Positions 38,355-52,900 of a stretch of 64,000 bases of DNA are shown one piece after another; the first letter of the stretch is position 1, and each line of letters begins with the position of its first letter. The notes beneath the pieces were generated by a model. That model saw nothing but the letters and a program-made list of their open reading frames with translations, had not been told where the DNA came from and searched no databases. The DNA comes from Octopus vulgaris. Its lineage: Eukaryota. The translations under genes were made by a program, and so were the position numbers. The DNA is taken from positions 30,566,001 through 30,630,000 of the forward strand of contig OX597829.1 in NCBI GenBank assembly GCA_951406725.2, given 5' to 3'.

Positions 38355-38890
38355 TTCGATAGGTGAATGAATTATCCTATGTTTACCGTCAGCATGGAAA
38401 ATTCGATGAACCGATATCAGGGTAGCAAATTCACGTCAGAAACACGGTTGAAGCAACCTGTCCAAGGGTAGAAACTCCGGGTTCATGTGCAGAAATTTGT
38501 ATTAAATATGAATAAATAAAAGAGTGGAGTCAAACGAAGATGTTAGCAAAATTCCTTTCATTTATTTATATATATATATATACACACACAGTCCAATGAC
38601 TAAAACAAGTAAAAAAAAAAAAAAAAGATATACACAAAGCTGTGTGGTAAAAAAGTTTGTTTCCCAGCTAGAGATAAATGGAAATGATTGACCCCATCAT
38701 ACAAGCAGTATCATTCATTTTTAATCTACCATGTAAAATGCAAACATATCCAGCCATGGAGAAATATTACCTGGCTTAGAAACAGACAAGGATTAACAGG
38801 AAGGGCATCGGACCATAGAAAATCTGTTTCAACTAATTCCATGTGAACAAGAAAACACGGAAAAGTCAATGTTAAACTGATGATGATATG

Positions 38891-38932
<42 letters not shown>

Positions 38933-38934
<2 letters not shown>

Positions 38935-39165
38935 GGCAGCGAGCTGGCAGAATTGTTAGCATGCTGGCCAGAATGCTTAGCAGTATTTCGGCTGCCGTTA
39001 TGTTCTGAGTTCAAATTCCACCAAGGTTGACTTTGCCTTTCATCCTTTCAGGGTTGATTAAATAAGTACCAGTTATGCACTGGGGTCGATGTAATCTACT
39101 TAATCGCTTTGTCTGTCCTTGTTTGTCCCCTCTATGTTTAGCCTCATGTGGGCAATAAAGAAATA
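38933..39165 (+). mobile_element. SINE family A
   Basis: Matches the copies at 1310 and 22422. Confidence 0.85.
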
Positions 39166-39195
39166 GATATATATGTATGTATGTATGAGAGAGAG

Positions 39196-39230
<35 letters not shown>

Positions 39231-39259
39231 ATGCATGTGTGTGTGTGTGTATATATATA

Positions 39260-39592
39260 TGGTGCAGACCCCCTTCAGTCACATATGATCATGGGATTGT
39301 ACCTAGAAAGTTCCCCTCTGAGGCACCAGTCAGGACAAAGTTGTTTGTGGATGACCAGCAGCCACCCATGCATCCCTTCTTCACATCCCTGATGTTATCC
39401 AAGGGAAAGGCAAAGGCTGATACAGCTTGGCACCAGTGACATACCAACTCGTTTCTACAGCTGAGTGAACTAGAGCAATGTGAAATTAAATGTCTTGCTC
39501 AAGAACATAACATGCAGCCCGGTCCAGGAATTGAACTCACAACCTCATGATTGGAAGCCCAATGCTTTAACCACAGAGCCACGTGCCCTCAC
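39260..39592 (-). mobile_element. tRNA-like SINE with the family D head and a different tail
   Basis: Minus strand GTGGCTCTGTGGTTAAAGC...GAGTTCAATTCCTGG; body shared with 313-470. Confidence 0.7.
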
Positions 39593-40924
39593 ACACATAT
39601 TCATACAAATGAAGAGCTTCCACAGTTATTTTTTCTATCTACCAAACTCCACTCAAAGTATTAGTTAATTGAAGGGCATTTATTGTAAAAGGCATTTGCC
39701 CAAGGTATAACACGCTGAGATTGAACACGAGACTACATGGTTGCAAAGTAAACATCTTACCTACACAAATATGCCAGCACATATTAAATACACTATTTCT
39801 ATACAGATAGATATATAATAAACAAATTTTTGCTGAAATATTTAGTCCCTTGTAGTTTACAAGTTCAGTGCTGTAGGGGAACTAATCTTTAAGTGGTGGA
39901 GGTTGTAGGAAGAGGGGAACATATGAGAGTCTGAGGGTCATAATGCAGAAATAAAGAAAACAACAAAAAAAAACTGAAGAATGAGAAGAATTAATGATAA
40001 AACTTTGAGAGTTTGGAATGTTGGTAAAGAAACCAAATATGAAAAGAGAATCAATAAATAATATCTGGCTCAAGGAAAGGAAGAAATAAAAAAAAAAAGT
40101 ATAAAAATAAGGTAAAAAAAAAATTGATTCATTTCCCCCTCCACCCTCCGCATTATGACCAGCAGTGAAAATATTTCTCAAACTCTACAGCAATAGCAGA
40201 GAGTTACATTACAGTGAAACAGAGGGAGACAAACCAATGAGTGGGCCTCTGAGGTCACATGACCTCACAGGGAAATAACAACCATAATCTGCAAATTACA
40301 CCCTACCATCCATCACCAATCATTAATCATTATTAGTCATGTCTTCTGATCATTAATAATTAGTTATTTACCCTTTTGATGAGAGGTTGTTCCAATCATA
40401 GCCATCTTGACTTATTTAGACAGTACATCTAAGACTAAAATCTGTACTTAGTTTTTGAAGATGGTAAGATAGGATTTTGAAGGAGATTGAGTTACTATTT
40501 CTCATAGGTTGAATGACCACTCAGAAACCTCCGTGTTGAAGCAACAATGACAATGATGAATGATGGTACTGATTAAATGGATAGTAATGATGAAAATGAG
40601 TGCAATCCCATGGTCAAACATGACTGAACGGGGTCTGTGGTAATTATAATGCTTATGATTTTTTTTTTTATATTTTGAGCCTGGTGCAGCCTCCTGGCTT
40701 CCCAGACCCCGGTTGAACCGTCCAACCCATGCTAGCATGGAAAACGGACGTTAAACGATGATGATGATTGACATGAAGGAAGGGACTCTGACCACAGTCT
40801 TCAAAGACCTGCCAAAACTGGTGAGACTGACAAAACTGACATGCTTACCATTCCTCTTTGAAGAAAAAAATTCCAGATGGAAATATTCTTGGGAGGAATA
40901 ATGTGGTGTAGTACAGTGCCTTGC

Positions 40925-41290
40925 ATCTTTTATCTTTCACTTGTTACAATCTCAGGACTGTGACTATGCTGGGTTACAGCCTTGAAGGGTTTTAGTTATT
41001 TTTATTAAATCTGGTGCTTATTCTATTTGGTCTCTTTAGCCGGTCCATTAAGTTATGGGGATGTGAATAAATCGATGGCAGTTGTCAAACAATGGTGGAG
41101 GACAAATATAAACACACACAGAGAGGATTCCTCATAGTTTATATCCACCAAATTCACTCAAAAGATATTAGTTGGTCCAGAGCTATTAGAAGCAAACATT
41201 TTCCCAAAGTGATATAGAGTGGGGCTGAACCTGAAACCACATGGTTGAAAAGTGAGTTTCTTAACCACACAACCATGACAGCACCTAGAC
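40925..41290 (-). mobile_element. Old SINE family B-like copy
   Basis: Diverged but co-linear with family B. Confidence 0.6.
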
Positions 41291-42202
41291 ATGATATGGA
41301 TGAGGAAAAGAGGGAAGAGAAGTAAAAGGTGGTAGGAGACAAGCTAACTCTAAGGTGTAGAAGCCATCGTCATAGTAGCGTAAGAAGTACAAAGTAGAGA
41401 AAACGGAATAACCATGGGTCAGAGTTTTGGAGTGTGTTGATGAGTGACTTTGTATCATTCAGTTGGGTGTAGCCAATCATGATCATCATTGATTTAATGA
41501 CTGAAATTTCATGGAGCCACAGACAGTGGATCTTTCATTCTCCTGCTCCCTGCATGGATGCATCCTCAGTTGAAGAACTGTCTGGCCAAAGTAATTGTCT
41601 TCATTGATCACCAATGGATTAACTTAACTTTAGCTATGATCCACTTCTGTTTTCTTATTTTATTTCTCTTCTTCTCTTGCTTCCTTCCTTCTCTGCAACA
41701 AAAAACAATAGAAATAACAAATAGTCATTGGACTGAAGGAAGTAAGTAAGAAAAGAAACAAATAAATTTACATGCATACCATACACACCTCATTTCAACT
41801 TCCAATTTTCCATAAATACATGCATCCAACAGAATTCACAGAGGCAAATTTTCTATGACTGGATGCCCTTCATATTGCTAACTTTCATCGTCAGTTTCCA
41901 AGTATTGAAAATTAATGACAATACTTGTATGATCACACTCATTTGCAACTATTGCTTATCACTCTCTCACACACACACACATTCACATATGTGTACATAT
42001 GGGTTAGGTAGTAGATATCTGCATTTATGCGAAAGGAGATGGGAGTAGGAAATGTAATTAATTGTATAGAATATACCCATTCGATCTGGTGTATTGAATA
42101 TTCCAGCTAAAACCATGTACATGCCTCAGTATTCTGGTACATATTTTTCATATTTGATATCTATCTACCTACCCACATATATATGTATGTGTGTGTGTCT
42201 AT

Positions 42203-42238
<36 letters not shown>

Positions 42239-42701
42239 CAGTAAGTTATTGATTTATAGAGAGGAACATGCAAGCATAATCTACAACTGATATATGGTAT
42301 TGATATATCTGTATCAGTTCAAATCACATTTTAAGGAAAGGTTCATTAAATGTGGAACTCGTTTTGGAAATGACAAAAAAAAAAAAAAAAAAAAAAAAAA
42401 GAAAGGAAAAGGAAGTGTGTAAGGCTATAACTGGAACTTACTTTCTTATTACCATACATTGATGTTAATTTTGAACAGGAAGACTTATTGTGCAAATGTC
42501 CATATTGATACATGCACACACATATATAGATAAAATACATCCATGATATATTTTCATATATACATATATTACTTGCTAAATATATATATCATATTTATCT
42601 CATATATGTGTACATATATATATATATATATATCAGATAGATATGTGTATATATATATATATATATATATGTGAATGTATGTATGTATGTATATATATAT
42701 A

Positions 42702-43085
42702 CTAGCAAAACGTCCCCTGTCCAATGGATGGTGCTAAGTTGTCAAACATTTAAACCAAGTTTTCTCAAAACAACTTGTCCGACTGTCCCATAGGCCTCCC
42801 CTTTGAGAAACACTGATTTAACATAAATTTGAGACACCAGCAAAAGAAGAAATAAAGATAGACTTTTTTTCTATTCCAAGAAATACGATTTTACAAATGC
42901 ACATTCCCATGGCTTTATCAATCGCATTTTCACCTGGAATCGATTTTTGTAATTTTTTCAAGACTTATACATGCCCTGATACCATCAGTATCTACATATC
43001 AAATTTGAGTGTAATCGAATGGCGGATGCCCGAGATCCTAGAAGACACACACACAGACAGACAGAACGGATTTTATATAATATAT
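42702..43085 (-). mobile_element. Non-autonomous Helitron-like element
   Basis: ACTAG at the left end (minus-strand 3' CTAG), (CAGA)n and TTTTATATA at the right end; same architecture as 59000-59397. Confidence 0.6.
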
Positions 43086-45884
43086 ATATATATATATATG
43101 TATAAGTATAATGTTTATATGTATGTATATGTACATGCCTGCATGTCACTTATACAACTGATGATAAATGGGAGTGGGTAGAGGGAATGTGGTGGATGGG
43201 CAGAAGCATTAGAACCTCAGACAAAAATATTTTGCAGCATTTAGTTACAACCCCTTATGAAAAGTTGACTTCAGTAGAGCTTGAACTTAGGTCATAGTCA
43301 GTAAATTGAAGAACGAGTAAAATATTCCAATTGGTATAATAGAATGTTTCCCTTCTTCCAAGAAATTTCTTGCCTCGTTTCAACAAAATATCATTTTATT
43401 TTATATATATATTATCAATACCACATACTTTGTGTTTTGTTTATATGCCCGTTAGCCATGAGATACCTCTGAGGGAATTGTCCCTTTAAGGTGCCAAGTA
43501 TTAAAAAACACTGAATACTTCAAACTAAGTGAGACAGCATGCTTTGTAAATGATTGAGATTGGTGAATATTGATATTTCACTGTATTTTGCAGCTCTTCA
43601 GCACTATATACTTGAGTCACTTTGGAACAAATTTTGATCTCTGGTTTGTGGCATATAAGCAAATAGTGTAGAATCTATTTGCTGATGTGCAGTAGCGCTG
43701 CACAGGGAAAAGAAAATTATAGTATGAATTCTAAGTGGTTCTAATGTTTTTCAACACTCATTGTCTTAATAGAAACATTTCCTCTGGCTCTATCCCATGG
43801 CTAAGGAGTGCATAAGCAAAACACATTCAGTAAATATGTAGCATTAATGCTTGCATTATTAGAAATGCTTATAATCATAATACAAACATACATACATACA
43901 TACACATATATATATATATATACACACATAATTTAATATAATATATTAATATATTAATACACACAGACACACATATACACACACATACATACACACATAC
44001 ATACATACGTACATGCATACATGCATTCATGCATACATACAACCCCAATTCAGAAGAGTAATAACCAATGGCATTCCAGCTATGATCATCCCATCATTTT
44101 GTATTCCTAAGACCATGTTGTGCAATGTATCCTTTGGGTTTTTTTTTTTTTAAGATGGAGTATTAATTGGAGGGAGAAGGGGAGATTTTTCTGCTCTTAC
44201 CATCCGATTAAGGCTCCTGTTTTGATTTGTACAAGATAGCTGTTGTAATATGGAGAGGGGTGGGGTTTTGTTCACGGTCAGATTAACAAAATCTGGGAAC
44301 CAAATTTGTTCCTTTGACCTCTGCTTCATCAAAAAAATTTGCATTTCATTTCCAAGACATCTTTTCACAAAATTTGTTTCTTCGACTCTTGCTTCATGAA
44401 TAAGATTTCCATTTCATTTTGAAGACATAAATATATGTGTGTCTGTGTGAAAAAAATAATACTAACAAAACTTGATATGAATATAGGGTTTTGTTTGAGT
44501 AAATGCATGTGGAAATATGTGTTGGGAGTTCCTGATATTTGGAAAGTTCATTTAAACTGTTTTGTTTAATTACAATTTAAATATGTTTAAAGATGTAACA
44601 AATGCTTACCACCAATACCGCCCTCACAACTACCACACTGTGCCTGCACCATTGCAACCTTCACGGCTGTTCATGCTACCACCATGAACAGCAACAACAT
44701 AACTACAATTAAACCAATGAATTTTTAGAACATAGAATGTGTCACTGTATTTGTTCTAACCTGATTCTCTACAGATTCATTGTTTTTTTTCTGACTTTGA
44801 ATCCTACTGAAGTTAGCTTCGCCTTTCATCCCTTAAGGGATAAAACAAGCAACAATTCAAGAACATCAGATTGGCTACCTTATAGTATTTATTCCAACTC
44901 AGTGCATTCTTTAGTTTAAATCCCGCCATGACATAGATGGTAGACATGACTTGTCACCTGTTTTAACATCATCGTATACCACCTTGGATGCATCTAGCAG
45001 AGTTCACTTTGCTGCTTGCATTCGTGCCAGATTTCTGATTTGAGAACATCTTCCTCCCTCCCTCCCTGCCTTTTGTCTTGGTGGCCCTGTAACAGGTTGT
45101 GAGCATTGCCTGCTTTTGTGAGTAAAAGATAAAAAATAACACAATCACATCACTGCCTCCACCACCACCACAAACAACAGTCACCACAAATAACGACCAA
45201 TAACAACACATCAGTCACTACTGCCACCACCACCACAACCAGTACACCTACCCACACCACAAGCTAACTACCAACGACCCATACTCGTGAAAGCAAGCAA
45301 AACAATGCACCTGATGTCTAATTCATTTAATAGTTGTACAGGTAGATGATGCTTGCTTAGCAGTTCTTAACCGTTCTTGTCTTTAAAATGTCTTTATTAG
45401 CATGGAAGCTTCAAGAGCCTACCTGTGTTGTATACTAGTTGATAGTACTTGTTGAGTCATTTCTTAATTCCGTTTCTAGCTTTAGTGCAAGAAGTTGGGG
45501 GTTTTTTCTTTTCCTTTTTTTTTTTTACCAAAGCTGTAATTTTCTAACCAAATAATTTGCACATTAAAACTGTCTTTCTGTGGCATGAATTCCTACCTTA
45601 GAATTACTGGACCACCTCACAAATTTATTCTGTTACCAGCTAACTTTCTTTATGGTGATAGTAATGATACCCGGACTGTTTCTTTTTATCTATTTTGTTT
45701 ATCTATTTATTTATTTGTTTATTCTCATTTATTATGTCTTGATTTATTAAATTTTTTTTCAATTTTTTTCTTTTTTTTTTTTTTGTACAGCACCAAATGT
45801 AGAACAAACAAGTCTTGATTTCCACTTCTTGATTTAAATGCTGTGAAATTATCAATAAAAAGAGACTAATTTACTTTAATAAAA

Positions 45885-46245
45885 AAAAAAGAAAAGAGGG
45901 AAAGGGAAGGCAAGAGAAAGAAGGGTGGGTGGATGGGAGGGAGAGAGAGAGAGAGGGAGAGAAATAGAGGAAGGAGCTGGGGAGAGAGAGCAAAAGAGAG
46001 ATAGAGAGAGAGGGGAGAGAATTGGGTAGGGGGAAGGGGGTCTGGAGGGAGAGAGAGGGGGAGAAAGGGAGAGCAAAAGGGAGAGAAAGAGAAAAGTAAG
46101 AGGAGCGATAGGGAGGGAAGCGATAGGGAAAGGGAGCGATAGGGAAGAGAGGGAGAGTGAAGGAGGAGAATGTGGGGAGGGAGAGTGAAGGAGGAGAGTA
46201 AGGGGAAGAAGATGAAGAAAGAAATCACAGATAGGAGAGAGTAGA
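45885..46245 (+). repeat. Polypurine G/A tract
   Basis: About 360 bp, almost pyrimidine-free, with many GGG runs. Confidence 0.9.
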
Positions 46246-46907
46246 TTGTCCACCCCATTTAGGATTCTAATTACTTGCCAATGTTGGTAGTATTGGGATA
46301 AAGTTGGCAACACTTCACAAAATACTTTTATTTACCAGGTTATTTTTTTTTTCCCCTTCCTCTTCCTCTTCTTAACCTTTCTCTGTCCTGACTCATTCCA
46401 AGTCTTGCTAGTTTGAAAGAAACAAAAGCAGCTTGGAAACTTTTTGTTTTTCTATTTTATTTGTTTTTTTTTCTCCTTCCTTTTGTTCTCTTTCAAATTA
46501 TTTTTCTATTTTCGTGTTTCTCACTGCTTAACTAACGACTTATTGACTTATCTCTGCAAAGTGTGATCCTCACAAATGACCTTAATGTTAGTTAGCAGCA
46601 GCAATACTAGTAGCATTAGCACCAACAGCAGCAACAAAAAATCAGAGCAACAGAAGTAGCTGCAATGTTCTTATACTAAAAAACTAGAAGGGAGAAAATA
46701 TACCCAGAGACATGATTTACATGAAAACAAAATGGTAAAGTCAGTGCTAATATATAAAATGAAGTGAGTTAAAGAATAAAAAAAAACAATTGAAATTACA
46801 TTAGTGGTGAAAAGAAGAAAAGTATCATTATCTTAGTTCTTGTCAAGAAAAGTAAGGGAGAAAACCCAAGAATTTATTTGAAATTATATAAATTAATGTG
46901 TGTGTGT

Positions 46908-47190
46908 GTGCCAGTCCACACTGAAAGGCACCTGTACCAGTCCATGTAGAAAGGCACCTGTACCAGTCCACATTGAAAGGCACCCGTACTGGTCCACATT
47001 GGAAGGCATCCATAGCAACCCACTTAGAAAGGCATCCGTGCCGGACCAGGTAAAAGCACCCCTGCTGGACCACATAAGAAAGTACTCCTACCAGTCTACG
47101 TAAGAAAACACTCCTGCTTATCCACGTAAGAAAGCACCCATGACAGAACATGTAAGAAAGCACCTACGCCAGTCCACATAAAGGTGTGGA
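46908..47190 (+). repeat. ~23-24-bp minisatellite (CCAGTCCACATNNGAAAGGCACCYGTA-like), about 11 units
   Basis: CCAGTCCAC and AAGGCACC recur at roughly 24-bp spacing. Confidence 0.85.
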
Positions 47191-49129
47191 TGTACCACAG
47201 CCATATATAACTTTAACGTTTTAGTATTCAGATTACTTAATGTAAGATAATGCTTGACCAATACAAATCAAAGTGAATAAATAAGCATTACATTTGACAG
47301 AGTCACAGCTTTGAGGTTTCAATGACGTGATTGTTTATTTTCAGAATCATATTGTAGGTAAGTGTGAAAAGCTGGATAAGGCTAGTCAGAAAATAAAACA
47401 GGTACAATACTAAGACATTTTTTGGTCTTTTTGATGAATCTTTTTACAAATGTGGTTTGGCCACTGCTGATGATTGCTGACAATAATTAAGTCATGTCCA
47501 CCAACAAATATTTTAAGATTGGTGTTGTGCAGGAATTAAGTAAATTCCAGGTTTTTACTTGTCTACAGTCACCTTGAATTGTCAGTTAGTATTCCGTTCC
47601 TACAGCATATTTAGATCAGATTGCAAGAAAAATCTATAGTGTATAGAGCCCAATCTTTTAAACTCAAGCTTAATTTTGTTCATGTATTTTATCACACTAA
47701 CATGCTTCTAGTTAACATTTCATTAATATATACAGCAAACAAAATAAAACACACACACACAATTCTGCTTTTGGAACAGTGTTTCTTGAGATACATCGCA
47801 TAAAGCTGTAAGTAATTATATGTAAATATTGGGTTAAAAACCCTTTTGGATAGACAAAATTGAAGGCTGCCTTCGATTCACTCTATTCAAAAGAGTTTTC
47901 AGCCCAATATTTACACACGATTATTTTATAGTTTTATGTACTTCAAGATCTACTTTAGCAAAAAAATGAATATTTCACATTCTCCTGAAAGTTTACACAC
48001 AGAGGAAGGCTTCTTTCAGTTTCTACATATCAAATCTAGCCAAAAGGTTTCAGTTGCTGAACCTATAGTAGCAACACTTGCTCAAGATGCCTCACACTGA
48101 GTGAATGTAAAACCTTTTTGGCAAGTGGATGTCTTAAACACACAGGAATGCCTAAACCTAAATAATACATAGCAATAACAATATAAAACAAAATGAAAGG
48201 AAACCCCAAATGGGGATTGGAGGTAACTACATAGTATGATTGTGGGAACCCCATAAACATACTCTGGATTATCTTGACATACCAAAGACAAGTTATGTCT
48301 CCCAGTTCATGCTGCTTACCTACAGCAGCATAGTTGCAGTAGAGCTGATTAGCCTTGACAATATCACCCACTTTTCATATTTTCTCAGAGGGAAGCATCT
48401 CCACCATTCCTTCCCTTTCAAATAATAATTGAAAAAGTTGATGAGGAACACTTTTTGCTATTCCTTGCAAAAATAAAGTGGTTGGCTGATTTTCCTGATA
48501 AACTCAGTGGTTAGATAAATCCATCTTGCATGTGATAACAGCTGCTAGACATAAACCCACAAACTGAACAAACACTAAACAAGTGAAAACAGGTGGCTCT
48601 TGTATGGCCATGTCTGTAGAATTTATCTTCAATTAGCAAAAGTTTCTGACGTAGCAGTGCTACAAAGGAACTTTGCAAACTGTCCATAATATTTGACCCG
48701 AAAGTCATTGAGAACTGACAATCCAGACTGCCCTCATCAAAGCCTAAACAATTCCTAGGTCATTAGTGTTCTCACCATTCACAAATCTACAGAATATGAA
48801 GACTGACACTCCATCAACCATACTGTCCAGTTGGAAAACTAAGAGTCTGGTGCCATTTCAAATGCCAGATTTCCAAACTCAGTCTGTACTTGACTGAGAA
48901 CTGCAGTTAAGAATGGTTATCAGTTGTAGATGGACCTCTTGACCAATAGAACTTGTTCCAACCACAAAATGTGAAAGTGTATATATTCTAAACAGAGCAA
49001 ATGCTATCAAAAATAGAAAACAATGGCTATGTAGAAGAGATCATAAAAATGTTAGCCACTTTCGCTTGACGTCCCATGCGAAAAATTCATCTCAGCTCAT
49101 TTCTGAGCAAGACTGGCCACTCCACTTAT

Positions 49130-49680
49130 CATGGTCCGATTTGAATTTTTTCTTCTACGGAAGGAAGAGCAAGCCTTCTTCTATCATACTCTCAATTTTG
49201 GTCAACTTGCGCTGCAGGGTCTTGGAGGAGATAGTGTTAGTTGAAAGCTATCAAACCTGCCATACACAGACAACTTTAGCTTTATATATATAGATTATGA
49301 CAGTTGTGTTGTCCATGTATGCAGATAAATCTCTTCTGTGCCCCACTTTCAGTGAGTACTTCTCAATACCTCTAATTTCTACAGCAATAACTTGAGTGCC
49401 AAAACATACAGAAGGTGAGGTAGGGAAACCTCTTGCAGACTGAACATACAATGTTAAATGGGCCTGATAGGGTAATCGGTATTGTAGTGATCCAAACTCT
49501 GAAGATGGGAACAAAATCAACTTTGCTTGGGTCAGGATCCAAGAATGGTCAATTTTGGTGGGGTCTGGTCAGTTTAGATTAGCCTAAAGCTTTCAACGAA
49601 GTCAGATCTAGTGCCCATCCACTCTTCTACATATCGCATGAAATGTAGGCTATTGTGAGGAAATATATTGGAGATTGCAC
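49130..49680 (-). pseudogene. Degenerate L1/Tx1-like RT fragment
   Basis: Minus-strand ...DLSAYMDNTTV (YADD-like) and a downstream VEEGLALP-like segment; heavily decayed. Confidence 0.45.
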
Positions 49681-49699
49681 AATTTTATGCATTTTGACT

Positions 49700-50090
49700 A
49701 TTCTTTTTCTTTTACTTGTTTCAGTCATTTGACTGTGGCCATGCTGGAGCACCGCCTTTAGTCGAGCAAATCACCCACAGGACTTATTCTTTATAAGCCT
49801 AGTACTTATTCTATCGGTCTCTTTTGCCAAACCGCTAAGTTATGGGGACATAAACACACCAGCATCGGTTGTCAAGTGATGGTGGGGGTACAAACACAGA
49901 CACACACACATATATATACATATATATATGACAGGCTTTTTCAGTTTCCATCTACCAAATCCACTCACAAGGCTTTGGTCGGCCCAAGGCTATAGTAGAA
50001 GACACTTGCCCAAGGTACCATGCAGTGGGACTGAACCTGGAACCATGTGGTTGGTAAGCAAGCTACTTACCACACAGTTACTCCTGTGCC
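49700..50090 (-). mobile_element. SINE family B, full length
   Basis: Near consensus. Confidence 0.88.
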
Positions 50091-52017
50091 TACAAGTACC
50101 AAACTTTTAGTTAAGAACCTTTCCCAAAATCAACTGTTTTCAGTACGGTTATTAACTAAAGCTGTCTTATGTATCCTTTATTTGATTCTTCCTAAGCAAT
50201 AACATTCTTCAGTTTACATAACTGGCAATGCTCCCATTTTGCTGCTTGTTGCAGTACACTGCTGACAAGACAGCAGCAAACAAGCTTAGCATGTAACAAG
50301 ACAGCTTGCATAGTAGACTGCCCTTTCCTAATGATTTGACCATCACACAGCTGCTGAACATATCTTATTACTTCATCTGCTCAAATGTTTTTCACAGCAC
50401 TCTTCATTTTTGGATGTGATTTGAAACTGACCATTGAAGTAGGCATTGAAGTTCACCATCTTCAATTCATTACTCCATGTAAACAATTTAGTAAAGTGCT
50501 ATTGAGAAATTCACACTCATCTGTTTTGGAATTGGATAGCATGTGCTTTCTGTACTCCAATAGATGTCACTATAATTACACCATTCTCAATCCAGTCATT
50601 GGATGACATGGTGGATTTTCTTAGTTCAATAATGTGATAATGAAGATTCAGTTGTTCAATAAACTGAATTACCTACTCTTTTCATTTTAATTATCATGCA
50701 GCTGACCATTCCACAGACACGTGTACCTTTACTGAAATTCTCAGGCAGAAACAGCAGTTTGTAATTTTTGAATCTATCCAACACATTTCTTTACAGTTTC
50801 CATCAACTCAATTGAGTTGACCTAAGACTTTAAAATATGGCATTTATCCGAAATTTTTCGTAGTGGGATTGAACCAAGGACTTAGTGGTTATAAAGTGAA
50901 CTTAACCATTTGACCTGACTGTGCCTATAATGGAGACATGACAGCCATATTTTAAACACTATTATGTTTCAGTTTTGTTATATTTCTTAATAGTATTGTA
51001 TTCAATGAAGTTTTGACACTCATCTGCAACCTAAACACCTTGAACTGTGTTGGTGATGAAGTCACAAATGTATGAAACTTTATACGGATGGGCTATTTTA
51101 TTATCAAAGATATGGTGCCAGGCTTCACAAAGACACAAGTGCAGGAAATCTTCATATTGAAATAAAAATAAATTCTAATTTCTATAAACATATCTAAATA
51201 TGTTGAGATTAATATTAAATAATTAATTTTACAAATACACATGAAAAACTAATGCCTTAGTCAATAGAATGCAAACTTGAAATATCTCACCTTTAATTAT
51301 ATTTCATTGATATAGCTATTTTTAGCAAATTCCTTTCATGGATAATCTTGGTTCTGCTTGAATTTTAATATGCCTTTTTTTTTTGTTTTTGGTTCCTTTG
51401 AACATTTGTTATTGAGAAAACTGGCTCAACATTAGCATTACAAGACAGTATGCTGAACAAGTATTGGCATAACAACTCTGAGAATTGCTCTGCAAATTCA
51501 ATTTGTTGAAATACAGAATGGCAGACATTAGAGATAGGTAGCATACACAAGTTGGACTTTGTTTTGGCGGGGATTTTTCAGATTTCTTTTCCACATTGCC
51601 TTTGGAAATGACGGAGAGCATCTTTTTAGTAAATAAATAAAAAAAATTGGGAAAAATGATGTTTGAAGTGTAAGTAATAAGATGGCAAGAAAATTAAAAT
51701 TCCAGTTTCAGTATTAAATTCTAACCATTTCTGACCTGTACTCCAAAGTGAAAACTATTTCATTTGCAGGAAGATTGAAGTTTGGAAACATGTCACTAAA
51801 GAATAGGTAATATTTTTTTTAGTTCTATATGAATATTGCAATAGTATTAGTTATCTCTAGATAAAGTCTAGAAACCATTATAGATTATTTGAAAGAAGAG
51901 GGCATAATTTCTAAACACAAAAAAATTACCTGTCATAAATTGATGAGATAAAATGCCAGAAGAGTCATGGATGAAAAGGTAAGTTTTAGTCTTTTTTTCT
52001 TTTTTCTTTTTCAACAG

Positions 52018-52410
52018 CAAGAGTGGCTGTGTGCTAAGTAGCTTGCTTAACAACCACATGGTTCTGGGTTCAGTCTCACTGTGTGGCACCTTGGGCAAGT
52101 GTCTTCTACTATAGCCTCAGGCCAACCAAAGCCTTGCGAGTGGATTTGGTAGACGGAAACTGAAAGAAGCCTGTTGTATATATGTGTGTGTGTGTGTCTG
52201 TGTTTGTCCCCGCCCCCCAATATTGCTTGACAACCGATGCTGGCGTGTTTACATTCCTGTAACTAAGCAGTTTGGCAAAAGAGACCGATAGAATAAGTAC
52301 TAGGCTTACAAAGAATAAGTCCTGAGGTTGATTTGTTCGACTAAAAGCGGTGCTCCAGCATGGCTGCAGTCAAATGACTGAAACAAGTAAAAGAGTAAAG
52401 AGAGAGAGAG
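52018..52410 (+). mobile_element. SINE family B
   Basis: Full head-to-tail match to family B. Confidence 0.87.
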
Positions 52411-52499
52411 AGCAATAGCTAGAGAGAGAAATTCATAAATACAGTATTGAATATGGTCTCACTATGGAAAATGTTAAATGTGATTTAGCTGTTTTGCCC

Positions 52500-52900
52500 A
52501 AAATTGGTCGGGGTGAGGGGAAAATCATTGTATGTAGTGCCCGCAAAATCGACTGAAATTGGTCTATGGAGAGGGAATCATCTTGTATAGTGCCCACAGA
52601 ATCGATTGAAATTGATCTGGGGAGAGGGAATCATCATGTGTAGTGCCCACAGAATCGACCGAAATCGGTTCGGGGAGAGGGAATCATCTTGTGTAGTGCC
52701 CACAAAATCAAATGAAATTAGTCCACAGGGGAAGGGGTTTAAAAGAAATATTTTTCAAAAATTTTTATCCCATCGTTTTTAAGTGCATAGTGCCCACAAA
52801 ATAGATCAAAATCAGTCCAAAGGATGTTGGGTAGAAAAAAAATTATCGTTGATAGTGCCCACAACATTGACCAAAATCGGTTGGTGGGGAGGTGGGGTAA
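52500..52900 (+). repeat. ~53-bp tandem repeat (TAGTGCCCACAGAATCGAC...GGAGAGGGAATCATC)
   Basis: AGTGCCC recurs at about 52536, 52589, 52643 and 52696, then at longer spacing near 52789 and 52854. Confidence 0.85.

Noticed and set aside
44969-45211. 80-aa minus-strand ORF
   Set aside because: No recognisable domain and partly low-complexity; no convincing splice context.
52500-52900. Regularly spaced repeats resembling a CRISPR array (also 46908-47190)
   Set aside because: The intervening sequences are homologous to each other, there are no cas genes and the context is eukaryotic; these are ordinary tandem repeats.
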